From positions 1 through 34,174 of the forward strand of contig JANMLN010000157.1 of NCBI GenBank assembly GCA_031372565.1: DNA of 34,174 nt. The letters are read 5' to 3'. Position 1 is the first letter of the stretch, and each line of letters begins with the position of its first letter. This stretch comes from Gemmatimonadota bacterium. Its GTDB lineage: Bacteria; Gemmatimonadota; Gemmatimonadetes; Gemmatimonadales; Gemmatimonadaceae. Below are positions 17,453-26,180 of this stretch, one piece after another. The position numbers and the translations under genes are program-made. Under the pieces are notes generated by a model, which saw only the letters and a program-made list of their open reading frames with translations, was not told where the DNA came from and did no database searches.

Positions 17453-18988
17453 ATGAACGCGTCCCGTCGTCCGGCAGGGCGGGTCGCGGCGGTGGCCTTG
17501 GTGGCGCTTGCGGGCTGCGCCATCGGGGCCACGCTGCGGTCGTACGACGTGGCGCCGAGCGGCCTCGAGCGACGCGAGGAGCGGCTCCGCATGGCGCTCA
17601 TGCGGGCGCGCGCTGACTCGGTCGTCGCGCCGCGGCTCGAGGATCTCTCGGATGACGCACTCGTCCGGACGCTGTATCAGGGGACGTTCGCCTACTACAG
17701 CGGCAAGTACCGCGACGCCGGCGCCAAGTTCGACGAAGCCGACCTGATGACCGAGGCGCGGTACACCAGGAGTGTCTCGCAGAACGCGCTCGCGATGCTC
17801 ACCAACGATCGCGAGATCGACTACGAGCCCGGCATCAACGAGCGGCTGCTCATGCACTACTACGGGGCGCTGTCGTACTGGCGCGCCAACGATGTCGAGA
17901 GCGCGGCCGTGGAAGCGCGGAAGCTCGCGTACCTGCTCCAGAAGTACCAGGCCGACACGAGTGCGCGCGACCGCTCGCTGCGGCACGCGATGCGCGTCTT
18001 TGCCGGAGCCGTCTTCGAGGCGGCCGGCGAGCGCAACGATGCCCTCGTGAGCTACCGCAACGCCCAGGCGATCCTGGGCGAAGCCGTGACCGGCGATAGT
18101 CTCGAGGCGCTGCCGTCGGATGGCGCGGGCGCGGATTCCGGCGACGTGCTCGTCGTGGTGGAGCAGGGGTTCGTGGCTTTTCCGACGCCGTGGGACCTCA
18201 CCGTGCCGATCTACAAGCACGAGTGGGCCTATGTATCGGGCAGCGACCGGTTTCGCGGTGGCTGGATGTCGGCGCGCATGGGAAACCGGATCACCATGCA
18301 GCTCGGCGGCGATGCCGGACTCTGGTGGTCCGGTCCCTCGGCGACGCTTGGGTCGGACGACCGCTGGGCGGCGGTCACGGCGGGAACCGCGAGCGACGTC
18401 AATCTCACGTACCGCCCCGGCACCACCTACGGCTATCGGTACGACAACAGCTGGGGGTGGCGCCCCGCCCGCATCGTCAGCACGCCGGAGCGCATCATCA
18501 AGCTGAGCGTGCCGGTGTACAAGCGGCCGCGCGCACAGTCTGCACCGACGCTCTCGGAGCTGCCCGCGGCAGGTACGCGCGTGGCCAGCGCCGATCTGTC
18601 CGACGCCGAGGTCGCCGACTTCGATCGGGTGCGCACCTGGACCTACGCGCGGGCCGTGCTCCGCGTGGCGGTCAAGGCGATTGCGGCGGAAGAAGCGGAG
18701 AAGGCGGCCAAGCGCTCGGTCAAGGACGAGAAGAACAAGGAGCGCATGGGGTGGCTCGCGGGACTGCTCACGAGCGCGACGGGCGCACTCCTCGAGCGCG
18801 CTGATACACGCAACTGGAACCTCCTGCCGCAGTCCGTCACGTTGTTGCGCGTGCGCCTGCCGGTCGGCGCCAGGGAAGTCCGGGTCAGCACGGCGGGAGG
18901 GGTGGTCACGATTCCCGTCGCGCGCGTGCGGGCGTGCGGGGTGTCGCTCGCGACGGCGCGGGCCTGGAGCGGCGCCAACGAGTGGTGA
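17453..18988 (+). CDS. COG3014-like lipoprotein with TPR-like helices
   Basis: Lipobox LAG-C. ERLLMHYYGALSY, AAVEARK, NDALVSYRNA, VVVEQGFV, ERADTRNWNLLP. Confidence 0.8.
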   Translation: MNASRRPAGRVAAVALVALAGCAIGATLRSYDVAPSGLERREERLRMALMRARADSVVAPRLEDLSDDALVRTLYQGTFAYYSGKYRDAGAKFDEADLMTEARYTRSVSQNALAMLTNDREIDYEPGINERLLMHYYGALSYWRANDVESAAVEARKLAYLLQKYQADTSARDRSLRHAMRVFAGAVFEAAGERNDALVSYRNAQAILGEAVTGDSLEALPSDGAGADSGDVLVVVEQGFVAFPTPWDLTVPIYKHEWAYVSGSDRFRGGWMSARMGNRITMQLGGDAGLWWSGPSATLGSDDRWAAVTAGTASDVNLTYRPGTTYGYRYDNSWGWRPARIVSTPERIIKLSVPVYKRPRAQSAPTLSELPAAGTRVASADLSDAEVADFDRVRTWTYARAVLRVAVKAIAAEEAEKAAKRSVKDEKNKERMGWLAGLLTSATGALLERADTRNWNLLPQSVTLLRVRLPVGAREVRVSTAGGVVTIPVARVRACGVSLATARAWSGANEW

Positions 18989-19059
18989 GTGGGCGCGGCG
19001 ACCGAGCGGCGTCAGCTGCCGCGAGGCGCCGATCCGGCGTCGCTCTCGCGTGATCTGTC

Positions 19060-19088
19060 TTGCCGTCGACGCCGAATCACGGCAACTT
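19060..19088 (+). promoter_or_regulatory. Inverted repeat (possible operator) overlapping a possible -35/-10 promoter
   Basis: TTGCCGT-N12-ACGGCAA at 19060-19085; TTGCCG-N17-CAACTT spacing. Confidence 0.35.
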
Positions 19089-19144
19089 CGAGCGACCGGC
19101 ACCCCGAGCGCACTGAAGCGCCCCATGTGACGGCGGAGGAATCG

Positions 19145-20260
19145 ATGAGCCGTGTTCGCGTTCTGGTCGGCACTCGCAAGGGGGCATTCATCCTGGGCGC
19201 GGACGGCGCCCGCCGCGACTGGTCCGTGAGCGGCCCACACTTCGCCGGATGGGAGCTGTATCACCTCAAGGCGTCGCCGGTCGATCCGGATCGGATCTAC
19301 GCGTCGCAGTCGAGCGGCTGGTTCGGCCAACTGATCCAGCGATCCAGCGATGGCGGTGTCACGTGGGAGCCGGTCGGCAACAAGTTCGCGTACGATGGCA
19401 TGCCCGGCACGCACCAGTGGTACGACGGCACGCCGCACCCTTGGGAGTTCAAGCGCGTCTGGCATCTCGAGCCCTCGCTCTCCGATCCCGACACGGTGTA
19501 CGCGGGGGTCGAAGACGCCGCACTCTTCAAGTCGACGGATGGTGGCCTCAACTGGAGCGAACTCTCGGGGCTTCGCGGCCACGGCTCGGGGTCGCACTGG
19601 CAGCCGGGCGCGGGCGGCATGTGCCTGCACACCATCCTCCTCGACCCCGTCACGCCGGGTCGGCTCTATCTCGCCATCTCAGCCGCCGGCGCCTTTCGCA
19701 GTGACGATGACGGGCACACCTGGAAGCCGATCACGAAGGGGCTCAAGTCGAAGGGGATTCCCGTGGAGACGGCCGAAGTCGGGCACTGTGTGCATCGCAT
19801 CGCCATGCATGCCTCGCGACCCGACACGCTCTTCATGCAGAAGCACTGGGACGTGATGCGCAGTGACGATGCGGGCGAATCGTGGGTGGAGGTGAGCGGC
19901 AATCTGCCCTCCGACTTCGGCTTTCCCATCGATGTGCACGCGCACGAACCCGAGACGATTTATGTCGTGCCGATCAAGAGCGACTCCGAGCACTATCCAC
20001 CGGAAGGCAAGCTGCGCGTGTATCGCAGCCGCACTGGCGGGCACGAATGGGAGGCGCTGACCAAGGGGCTGCCGCAGCAGGACTGCTACGTGAACGTGCT
20101 GCGGGACGCGATGGCCGTCGACCAACTCGACAGCTGTGGCATCTACGTCGGTACCACCGGCGGGCAGGTCTATGCGTCGAGCGACGCGGGTGACACCTGG
20201 TCCGCCATCGTGCGTGACCTGCCTCCGGTCCTCTCCGTCGAGGTCCAGACGCTCGCATGA
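19145..20260 (+). CDS. Cytoplasmic BNR/Asp-box beta-propeller protein (often labelled sialidase-like)
   Basis: GGAGGA RBS before ATG 19145 ([15 protein letters not shown]). Six Asp-box-like repeats: [48 protein letters not shown]. No signal peptide. Confidence 0.88.
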   Translation: MSRVRVLVGTRKGAFILGADGARRDWSVSGPHFAGWELYHLKASPVDPDRIYASQSSGWFGQLIQRSSDGGVTWEPVGNKFAYDGMPGTHQWYDGTPHPWEFKRVWHLEPSLSDPDTVYAGVEDAALFKSTDGGLNWSELSGLRGHGSGSHWQPGAGGMCLHTILLDPVTPGRLYLAISAAGAFRSDDDGHTWKPITKGLKSKGIPVETAEVGHCVHRIAMHASRPDTLFMQKHWDVMRSDDAGESWVEVSGNLPSDFGFPIDVHAHEPETIYVVPIKSDSEHYPPEGKLRVYRSRTGGHEWEALTKGLPQQDCYVNVLRDAMAVDQLDSCGIYVGTTGGQVYASSDAGDTWSAIVRDLPPVLSVEVQTLA

Positions 20261-20553
20261 TTCGCGTCGCGCTACCCGAGCACCTGCGCACGCTGGCGCG
20301 CGTCACCGACGACGTTCAGCTCGACGTGCCCCCGCCCGTCACGCGTGCGCGCCTGCTGGACGCACTCGAAGCCCGCTTCCCGGTACTCGAGGGCACGATT
20401 CGCGACCACCAGACGCGTGAGCGTCGCCCCTTCCTCCGCTTCTTTGCCTGCGAGCGGGACCTCACGCACGAATCGGCCGATCGCGAGCTGCCCGACGCGG
20501 TCGTCGACGGGCGAGAACCCTATCTTGTGGTCGGCGCGATGGCCGGCGGCTGA
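20257..20553 (+). CDS. MoaD/ThiS family ubiquitin-like (beta-grasp) protein
   Basis: 98 aa. [20 protein letters not shown]-terminal AMAGG. ATGA overlap with the upstream gene. Confidence 0.9.
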   Translation: MIRVALPEHLRTLARVTDDVQLDVPPPVTRARLLDALEARFPVLEGTIRDHQTRERRPFLRFFACERDLTHESADRELPDAVVDGREPYLVVGAMAGG

Positions 20554-20599
20554 CCCGCCGCGCGATCGGCGTCCTCCCTCCGGCCTTCGCGCACTGCAC

Positions 20600-21550
20600 A
20601 TGCAGCTCGTCACGCTCGACCAACTCCGGCAGACCTTCAATCACGCCGCCGTGCGCGAGGCGGTGCGTCAGGCCTTCATCGGTCACGCGGCAGGTGCCTA
20701 TGTCGTGGCACCGCCCGGCCAGCTCCTGTTCGACCAGCCGCCGGGCGACTGCCACATCAAGTACGGCTACGCGAAAGCCGGACCGGTGTTCGTCATCAAG
20801 GTCGCATCCGGCTTTTACGAGAATCCGGCGCGCAACCTGCCGGTTAACAGTGGCGTCGTGCTGGTCTGCTCGCGTACCACGGGCATCCCCGTGGCGCTCG
20901 TGCAGGACGATGGCTGGCTCACCTCGTGGCGTACCGCGGCGGCGGGCGCACTCGCCGCCTCCTTGGTGGCCGCGCGTCGTCCCACCGTGCTCGGCGTGTT
21001 CGGTGCCGGCCATCAAGCCGAACTGCAGGCCACCTGGATCGCGCGTGAACTCGGCCTCACCGCCGTACGCATCTGGGCGCGGCGCGCGGAGCAAGCCGTG
21101 GCGCTCGCACGAGCGCTCGCTGCCCAGGGACTGCAGGCCGTCGCGTGCGACTCCACCGACGCCGTGCTCGCCGAGGCGCAGGTGGTCGTGACCGCGACGC
21201 CGGGCACGCATCCGTTGTTCCCGGCGCACCAGGTCCGACCGGGCACGCACGTGATTGCCATGGGCGCCGACAGTCCCGGAAAGCAGGAACTCGATCCGGC
21301 GCTCTTTGCCCGCGCCGCGCTGATCGTGACCGATGACCATGCGCAGTGTGCGCACCACGGCGACTTCGCGCATGCGCTCGCTGCAGGGCTGGTCCCCGAC
21401 ACGGTCGACGTGAGCCTCGGCGCACTGCTCGCGAATCCGGACCGCGTGACGCTCGGCCCCGGCGACATTTCCATCGTCGATCTGACCGGCATTCCGGCGC
21501 AGGATGTGGCGATGGCGACCGCGACCTGTCGGACGCTCGGACTCCTCTAG
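20600..21550 (+). CDS. Ornithine cyclodeaminase / mu-crystallin family protein
   Basis: HIKYG, IKVASGF..N, LTSWRTAAAGA, GAGHQA (Rossmann), AMGADSPGKQELD, DLTGIPAQD. ATG at 20600. Confidence 0.9.
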   Translation: MQLVTLDQLRQTFNHAAVREAVRQAFIGHAAGAYVVAPPGQLLFDQPPGDCHIKYGYAKAGPVFVIKVASGFYENPARNLPVNSGVVLVCSRTTGIPVALVQDDGWLTSWRTAAAGALAASLVAARRPTVLGVFGAGHQAELQATWIARELGLTAVRIWARRAEQAVALARALAAQGLQAVACDSTDAVLAEAQVVVTATPGTHPLFPAHQVRPGTHVIAMGADSPGKQELDPALFARAALIVTDDHAQCAHHGDFAHALAAGLVPDTVDVSLGALLANPDRVTLGPGDISIVDLTGIPAQDVAMATATCRTLGLL

Positions 21551-21647
21551 CCGTGCGGACCATGTGACGAGGGCGCCGGCCTCGCGTGATCCGCGAGACC
21601 GGCCCTGATCGTCGCGCGCGTCACGGACCGCCCTCCCGAACGCACGA

Positions 21648-21680
21648 CGGGCGGGGGGCGCCGACTGCGCCCCCCGCCCG
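21648..21680. terminator. Strong hairpin between convergent genes
   Basis: Perfect 14-bp stem CGGGCGGGGGGCGC / GCGCCCCCCGCCCG with a 5-nt loop; no clear U-tract. Confidence 0.65.
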
Positions 21681-21700
21681 CGTGATCCTGCGTGCGTGCG

Positions 21701-23179
21701 CTACACGTTGCGACGGCGACGGCGCGTCACGACGCCCAGACCCGCGAGGCCGAACGCCATGAGCGTGATGGTCGTCGGTTCCGGCACCGGTGCGACGTAG
21801 CCGGTGATGTCGGCGGTGTACGAGTGCAGGATCCCCGGCAGCAGGTCATGCGCGCTCGTGAGGTTCGCGGGCAGGCCGTTCGAGGTATTGAAACAACCCG
21901 TGGTCGTCCCGATCGGGCACTGGATCGAGCTGGCCATCGGATCGGCGTTCGAGAAGTTCATGTAGACGTCGAACTGCGTGTTCGAGCCGTTCTGCGTCAC
22001 GCTGTAGTCGTTGTCCGTGCCGGCCAGGATCAGGTACTTGCCATTGGCCAGCTGCGGACCGACCGCGAGCCCTTCCCACTTCTCCGGCACCTTGTTGCCG
22101 ATGGCCGGCAGCGTGTTGGCGGCGAGATCCATCACGGCCGTGCCGTTCTTCGCGACAGGGACAATGCTGCCCAGTCCACTGGCGAGGGCCGGCAGGTTCA
22201 TGTTCGTCACGTCCGTCGCGCCGGCCAAGTCGATCGTGAACACCTTCTTGTCGGGCGAGGCGAGCGTCGCGCCAACGCCGATGCCGCGGTTGTTGCGCTC
22301 GAGGATCATGAACTTGTCGTTGCCAAGCGCCACGATCGCCGAGATGCCGCGGCCCTGGCCGGAGCTGTTGAGCTGGTACGCGTACTGACCCACCGCTTGT
22401 CCGGTCGCCACGTCGTACTTGATGATGCGCGTGAACTGGCCGCGCGTCCCGCCGCCCGCGCTGCTCCACCCGTCCTCGATGCGCCCGTTCTGCAGCATGG
22501 CGTAGACATACTTGCCGTCCGGACTGACCGCGAGTCCTTCCAGTCCGCGGTTGTTCTCGCGGCCGAACTTGAGCGCGCTTGCGCCCGTCGGGCTCGGCGT
22601 CGCGTCATAGTTGGCCCCGGACGACGTCCGTGGGACGAGGTTGGCCGGCACGTCGTAGCGCTTGACCAGGTTGCCTGCGCGGTCGAACTCGATGACCGAC
22701 GGTCCGTACTCATCCGACACGATGATGTTGCCGTTGAGCGGATTGATCACCATCCCTTCCGGATCGAACGCGCGACCCAGCGAGCCGGCGTTGCCGGCGT
22801 TTCCCGGGGACAGGCCGTTCAGCACGTTGCCGCCTTCATCACGGAACTTGATCGTCTGCACGACATTGTAGTTCGACACCTTGCCCTGTGCGTCGAAGTC
22901 GACCGTGAAGCGGTTGATGCGCGTCTCGTAGCCAAGCGTCCCACCGCCGGGTCCGCGGTCAGAGAGCCCCCACCACTCGTTGGTGTTCCGGTCATAGTAG
23001 ATGTCGGAGAAGAAGCCGACGCGACGATCGAACGCGGACAGATCGCCCGACTTGTCTTCGGCCTTTCCGGAGATCGCGATGCCGTTCTGGAACTGGACGT
23101 TGGAGATCGTTTGGGCGGCAGCCGGCGCAGCGAGCGCGAGCGACAACACCGCCGCCAGCGCGGACGTGGAACGAGACAT
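21701..23179 (-). CDS. Esterase-like activity of phytase family protein with a PEP-CTERM sorting signal
   Basis: GAGGA RBS and signal peptide. LSDRGP, DPEG, VSDEYGP, NRGLEGL, EKWEGL, DNDY motifs. C-terminus VPEPTTITLMAFGLAGLGVVTRRRRRNV. Confidence 0.92.
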   Translation of the reverse strand: MSRSTSALAAVLSLALAAPAAAQTISNVQFQNGIAISGKAEDKSGDLSAFDRRVGFFSDIYYDRNTNEWWGLSDRGPGGGTLGYETRINRFTVDFDAQGKVSNYNVVQTIKFRDEGGNVLNGLSPGNAGNAGSLGRAFDPEGMVINPLNGNIIVSDEYGPSVIEFDRAGNLVKRYDVPANLVPRTSSGANYDATPSPTGASALKFGRENNRGLEGLAVSPDGKYVYAMLQNGRIEDGWSSAGGGTRGQFTRIIKYDVATGQAVGQYAYQLNSSGQGRGISAIVALGNDKFMILERNNRGIGVGATLASPDKKVFTIDLAGATDVTNMNLPALASGLGSIVPVAKNGTAVMDLAANTLPAIGNKVPEKWEGLAVGPQLANGKYLILAGTDNDYSVTQNGSNTQFDVYMNFSNADPMASSIQCPIGTTTGCFNTSNGLPANLTSAHDLLPGILHSYTADITGYVAPVPEPTTITLMAFGLAGLGVVTRRRRRNV

Positions 23180-23248
23180 GAAATCCTCGACAGGGGATGG
23201 GGGATGCGCGGATACGACGACCGTCACATGCACAGGCCGTGAGATCGA

Positions 23249-23264
23249 CGCGGGTAACGTGCCC
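23249..23264 (-). promoter_or_regulatory. Putative sigma-54 promoter of the PEP-CTERM gene
   Basis: Minus strand reads GGGCACGTTACCCGCG: good GGCACG -24 box, GG-N10-GC spacing, weak -12 box. Confidence 0.4.
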
Positions 23265-23422
23265 ATCGTGAGGAAGAACCTTGAGTCCCCGGGGCAAGTC
23301 GAGGCGAGGTCGTTACGCGACCGTCATACGGAGCGATATTCCGTGACACGATCGTCGCGCACGGATCGTCGCATGCACCGTCGGCAGTCGCGTGCGGTCA
23401 CCGCAGGACGCTGGAGAGAGTC

Positions 23423-24748
23423 ATGACATCGCGTATGGGGCGCTGGACGCGTGGCGCTCGGCGACACGCAGCGACGTGCGTAACCTGCGCGATGATCGCG
23501 CCGGCGCTCGCCGCGCAACTGCCGACCGTCGACGGCGCCGCTCAAGCCCGCGCGGCGTGGCGACGCGCTGCGCAATCTCAACGCGCCGGACTCCCCGACT
23601 CGGCCTGGCGCGACGTGCAGCGCGCAGCCGACGCCTTCGCGGTGCAGCCTGCCTACGAAGAAGGGCGCGCGCGGTACGCGGCCCTGCGCGGCGACACCGT
23701 CACGCTCGTGCGCTCGTTGAACCGGCTCGCGCGCCTTGAGGCTGGGGAGGCCATCACGCGCGATACCGGCGTGCGTGCGCTCGCGGCACGCCACCGGACG
23801 GTCGCCAGGACACTGCGCCGGCTGGAGGCCGCGCTCGCACCACCGGCACCACGGGGCCGCGTCTTTGCCGAGTCGCGCGACACCGTCTTCTTTCCCGAGG
23901 GCCTCGATGTCGACGCGAGCACGGGGCGGGTCTACGTCGCCGGGGTACGGAGCCGTCAAGTCGCGGTGCTGGCGTCCGGACAGCTCACACCGCTCATCGC
24001 GCCAGAGCAGGTGGTCGCGCCGGTGCTCGGGGTGCGCGTGGACGCAGTGCGCAACGTGCTGTGGGTGGCCACCGGCAACGTTCCGCTCGCGCGCCGCCTC
24101 GGGACTGCAGACACCATGCGCGCCGAGTTGTTGCGCGTGCGACTGCGCGATGGCGTGATCGAGCAGCGCTGGCGCCTGGGCGACGGCACCGGGGTCCCCG
24201 GCGAGCTGACGGTCGCTGCATCCGGCGACGTGTTCGTGACCGACGCGGCGAAGGCGTGCGTCTACCGGCTGCGGAGCGGACAGGAGTCGCTGGAGGTGAC
24301 GACGCACGCGCTGGTGCGGTCGCCGCAGGGGATCGTCGTCCGCGACGACGGCACCGTCGCGTGGATCGCCGATTGGTCGCACGGACTGTTGCGCTGGGAC
24401 CTCGCTACCGGCGACGTTCGTCGCGTCACGGAGCCCGTTGGCCGCACCTTGGTCGGGATTGACGGGTTGCGCGCGTATCGCGGTCGGCTGATCGGCGTGC
24501 AGAATGGCATCGCGCCATCACGCATCGTGGACATCACGCTCACGGCCGACGGAACGCGCGCCGTCGCCATGCGCACGATCGACCGCGAGCGGCCCTATCC
24601 GGGCGACATCACGGTCGGCACCATCATTGGTGATCGCTTCGTGTTCGTCGCATCGAGCCAGTGGCCCTTCTTCGACGACGACGGAGCGCGCGTCGGCGCG
24701 CGTCCGCTGCCGGGCGTGGTCCTGCGCGAGGTGCGGCTCCGTCGCTGA
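23423..24748 (+). CDS. Secreted protein with N-terminal helices and an SMP-30/gluconolactonase-like beta-propeller
   Basis: GGAGAG RBS and signal-like N-terminus. FFPEGLDVD, LGVRVD, GDVFVTD, SPQGI, GIDGL, GVQNG blade motifs. Confidence 0.78.
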   Translation: MTSRMGRWTRGARRHAATCVTCAMIAPALAAQLPTVDGAAQARAAWRRAAQSQRAGLPDSAWRDVQRAADAFAVQPAYEEGRARYAALRGDTVTLVRSLNRLARLEAGEAITRDTGVRALAARHRTVARTLRRLEAALAPPAPRGRVFAESRDTVFFPEGLDVDASTGRVYVAGVRSRQVAVLASGQLTPLIAPEQVVAPVLGVRVDAVRNVLWVATGNVPLARRLGTADTMRAELLRVRLRDGVIEQRWRLGDGTGVPGELTVAASGDVFVTDAAKACVYRLRSGQESLEVTTHALVRSPQGIVVRDDGTVAWIADWSHGLLRWDLATGDVRRVTEPVGRTLVGIDGLRAYRGRLIGVQNGIAPSRIVDITLTADGTRAVAMRTIDRERPYPGDITVGTIIGDRFVFVASSQWPFFDDDGARVGARPLPGVVLREVRLRR

Positions 24749-24776
24749 CGGCGGTGCACGCACGTGAACACGCCGC

Positions 24777-25301
24777 TCAGCCCCCGCGCTGACTCTCCAG
24801 CACGTCGACCATCGTCTTGGCGAACACAGGCAGGTCCTTCGGCACGCGGCTTGATACGATGTGGCCATCGACCACCACGGGCTCGTCCACCCACGTCGCG
24901 CCGGCATTCTCCACATCGTCCCGGATGCCCACCGTGCTGGTGAGTGTGCGGCCGCGAAGAATGCCCGCCGAGATCAGGATCCATGGGCCATGGCAGATGG
25001 TGGCCACGAGGTGACCAGCCTCATGCACGCCACGCACCAGCGACAACACCGCGGCATCGCGCCGCAGCTTGTCGGGCGCCCAGCCGCCAGGCGCGAGTAC
25101 GCCCGCCAGCGTGTCGGCGGGAAAGTCGCGCACGTGCCCGTCCATCACGGCCGGATACCCGTGCTTGCCTCGATACTGGGCGTCACCGGTGCCCGCCATG
25201 GGGGCGTGGTACCCCGCCTCTTCGAGACGCAACTTCGGATACCAGACCTCGAGATCCTCGTACTCGGGGCCGACGAGGATGAGAACAGTGCCCTTGGTCA
25301 T
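24777..25301 (-). CDS. PfpI/DJ-1 family protein (class I glutamine amidotransferase-like)
   Basis: YEDLEVWYP, PGGWAPDKLR, ICHGPW, VVVDGHIVSSR.P.DL. Confidence 0.93.
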   Translation of the reverse strand: MTKGTVLILVGPEYEDLEVWYPKLRLEEAGYHAPMAGTGDAQYRGKHGYPAVMDGHVRDFPADTLAGVLAPGGWAPDKLRRDAAVLSLVRGVHEAGHLVATICHGPWILISAGILRGRTLTSTVGIRDDVENAGATWVDEPVVVDGHIVSSRVPKDLPVFAKTMVDVLESQRGG

Positions 25302-25469
25302 AGGTCAGGTGAGAGTGGGGGAGCGCACTGCGGCAACCGTCGGTGACACGATAACGGATATCACCGGCCGGGGCTGGACGACGCCGTGACAACGGGCGAA
25401 CGTTGGTCGACGCTTGGGCGTCGAGCGCAGACAGGCAGACGGGAAGCCCCCGCATACGGGAGATGTGCA

Positions 25470-26180
25470 GTGGCGGAGACCATCACGGAAGGGCCGGGCG
25501 ACGGACGCCTTGCGCGACACGCCGAGGCGGCGGCATCTCGGCGCCTCATGGAGGTGGCGGAGCGCGAGCTCCAACGCATCCTGCTGGATATCCACGACGG
25601 ACCCGTGCAGGCCATGTACGCCGCGCTCTCACAGGTCGACCTCGTGCGCCGCGCGCTGGACGCGGGCACACCGGAGTCGAAGGCCGAGGCGTTGGAACGA
25701 CTCTCGCGGATTCGCACGCTCCTGGAGCTGGGTCTCAACGAGGTCCGCACCTTCATTGGCGAGTTCCGGCCGCCGCAGTTCGGCGAGAAGCAGTTGCAGG
25801 AGCTCCTCGAGTCGCTCGCGCTGCAGCACGAGGCGATGACCGACACCGCCGTCACGCTCGATGTCGCCGTGAACGTGCCGTCGGTCGCACTGCCCGTGAA
25901 GATCGCGCTCTATCGCGTGATGCAGGAAGCACTCTCGAATGCGTATCGCCACGGGGGCGCCCGGCACGTGACCGTGCGCGTGTTCCCGGCGGCGGCGGCG
26001 CGCGTCGCCGTGGAGATCATCGACGACGGTGCCGGCTTCGATCCGACCACCCCGCTCACCCCCGATCACTTCGGACTGTCCGGCATGCGCGACCGTGTGG
26101 AGACGATCGGCGGGACCTATACCCTGCGCTCGAGTCCCGGCGCCGGCACCACCGTGCACGTTGAGGTTCCCGCCCAGTGA
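25470..26180 (+). CDS. HisKA_3-type histidine kinase without a recognisable sensor domain
   Basis: H-box RILLDIHDGPVQ, N-box QEALSNAYRH, DDGAGFD, FGLSGMRDR, PGAGT. Likely GTG start at 25470 after GGGAGA. Confidence 0.85.
   Translation: MAETITEGPGDGRLARHAEAAASRRLMEVAERELQRILLDIHDGPVQAMYAALSQVDLVRRALDAGTPESKAEALERLSRIRTLLELGLNEVRTFIGEFRPPQFGEKQLQELLESLALQHEAMTDTAVTLDVAVNVPSVALPVKIALYRVMQEALSNAYRHGGARHVTVRVFPAAAARVAVEIIDDGAGFDPTTPLTPDHFGLSGMRDRVETIGGTYTLRSSPGAGTTVHVEVPAQ

Noticed and set aside
17300..19630. 776-aa minus-strand ORF
   Set aside because: Antisense to two well-supported genes; no recognisable domain.
19145..20260. Annotation as a true sialidase
   Set aside because: Asp-boxes are structural repeats; there is no FRIP motif and no signal peptide.
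21692..23242. 516-aa plus-strand ORF
   Set aside because: Antisense mirror of the PEP-CTERM gene, caused by codon bias.
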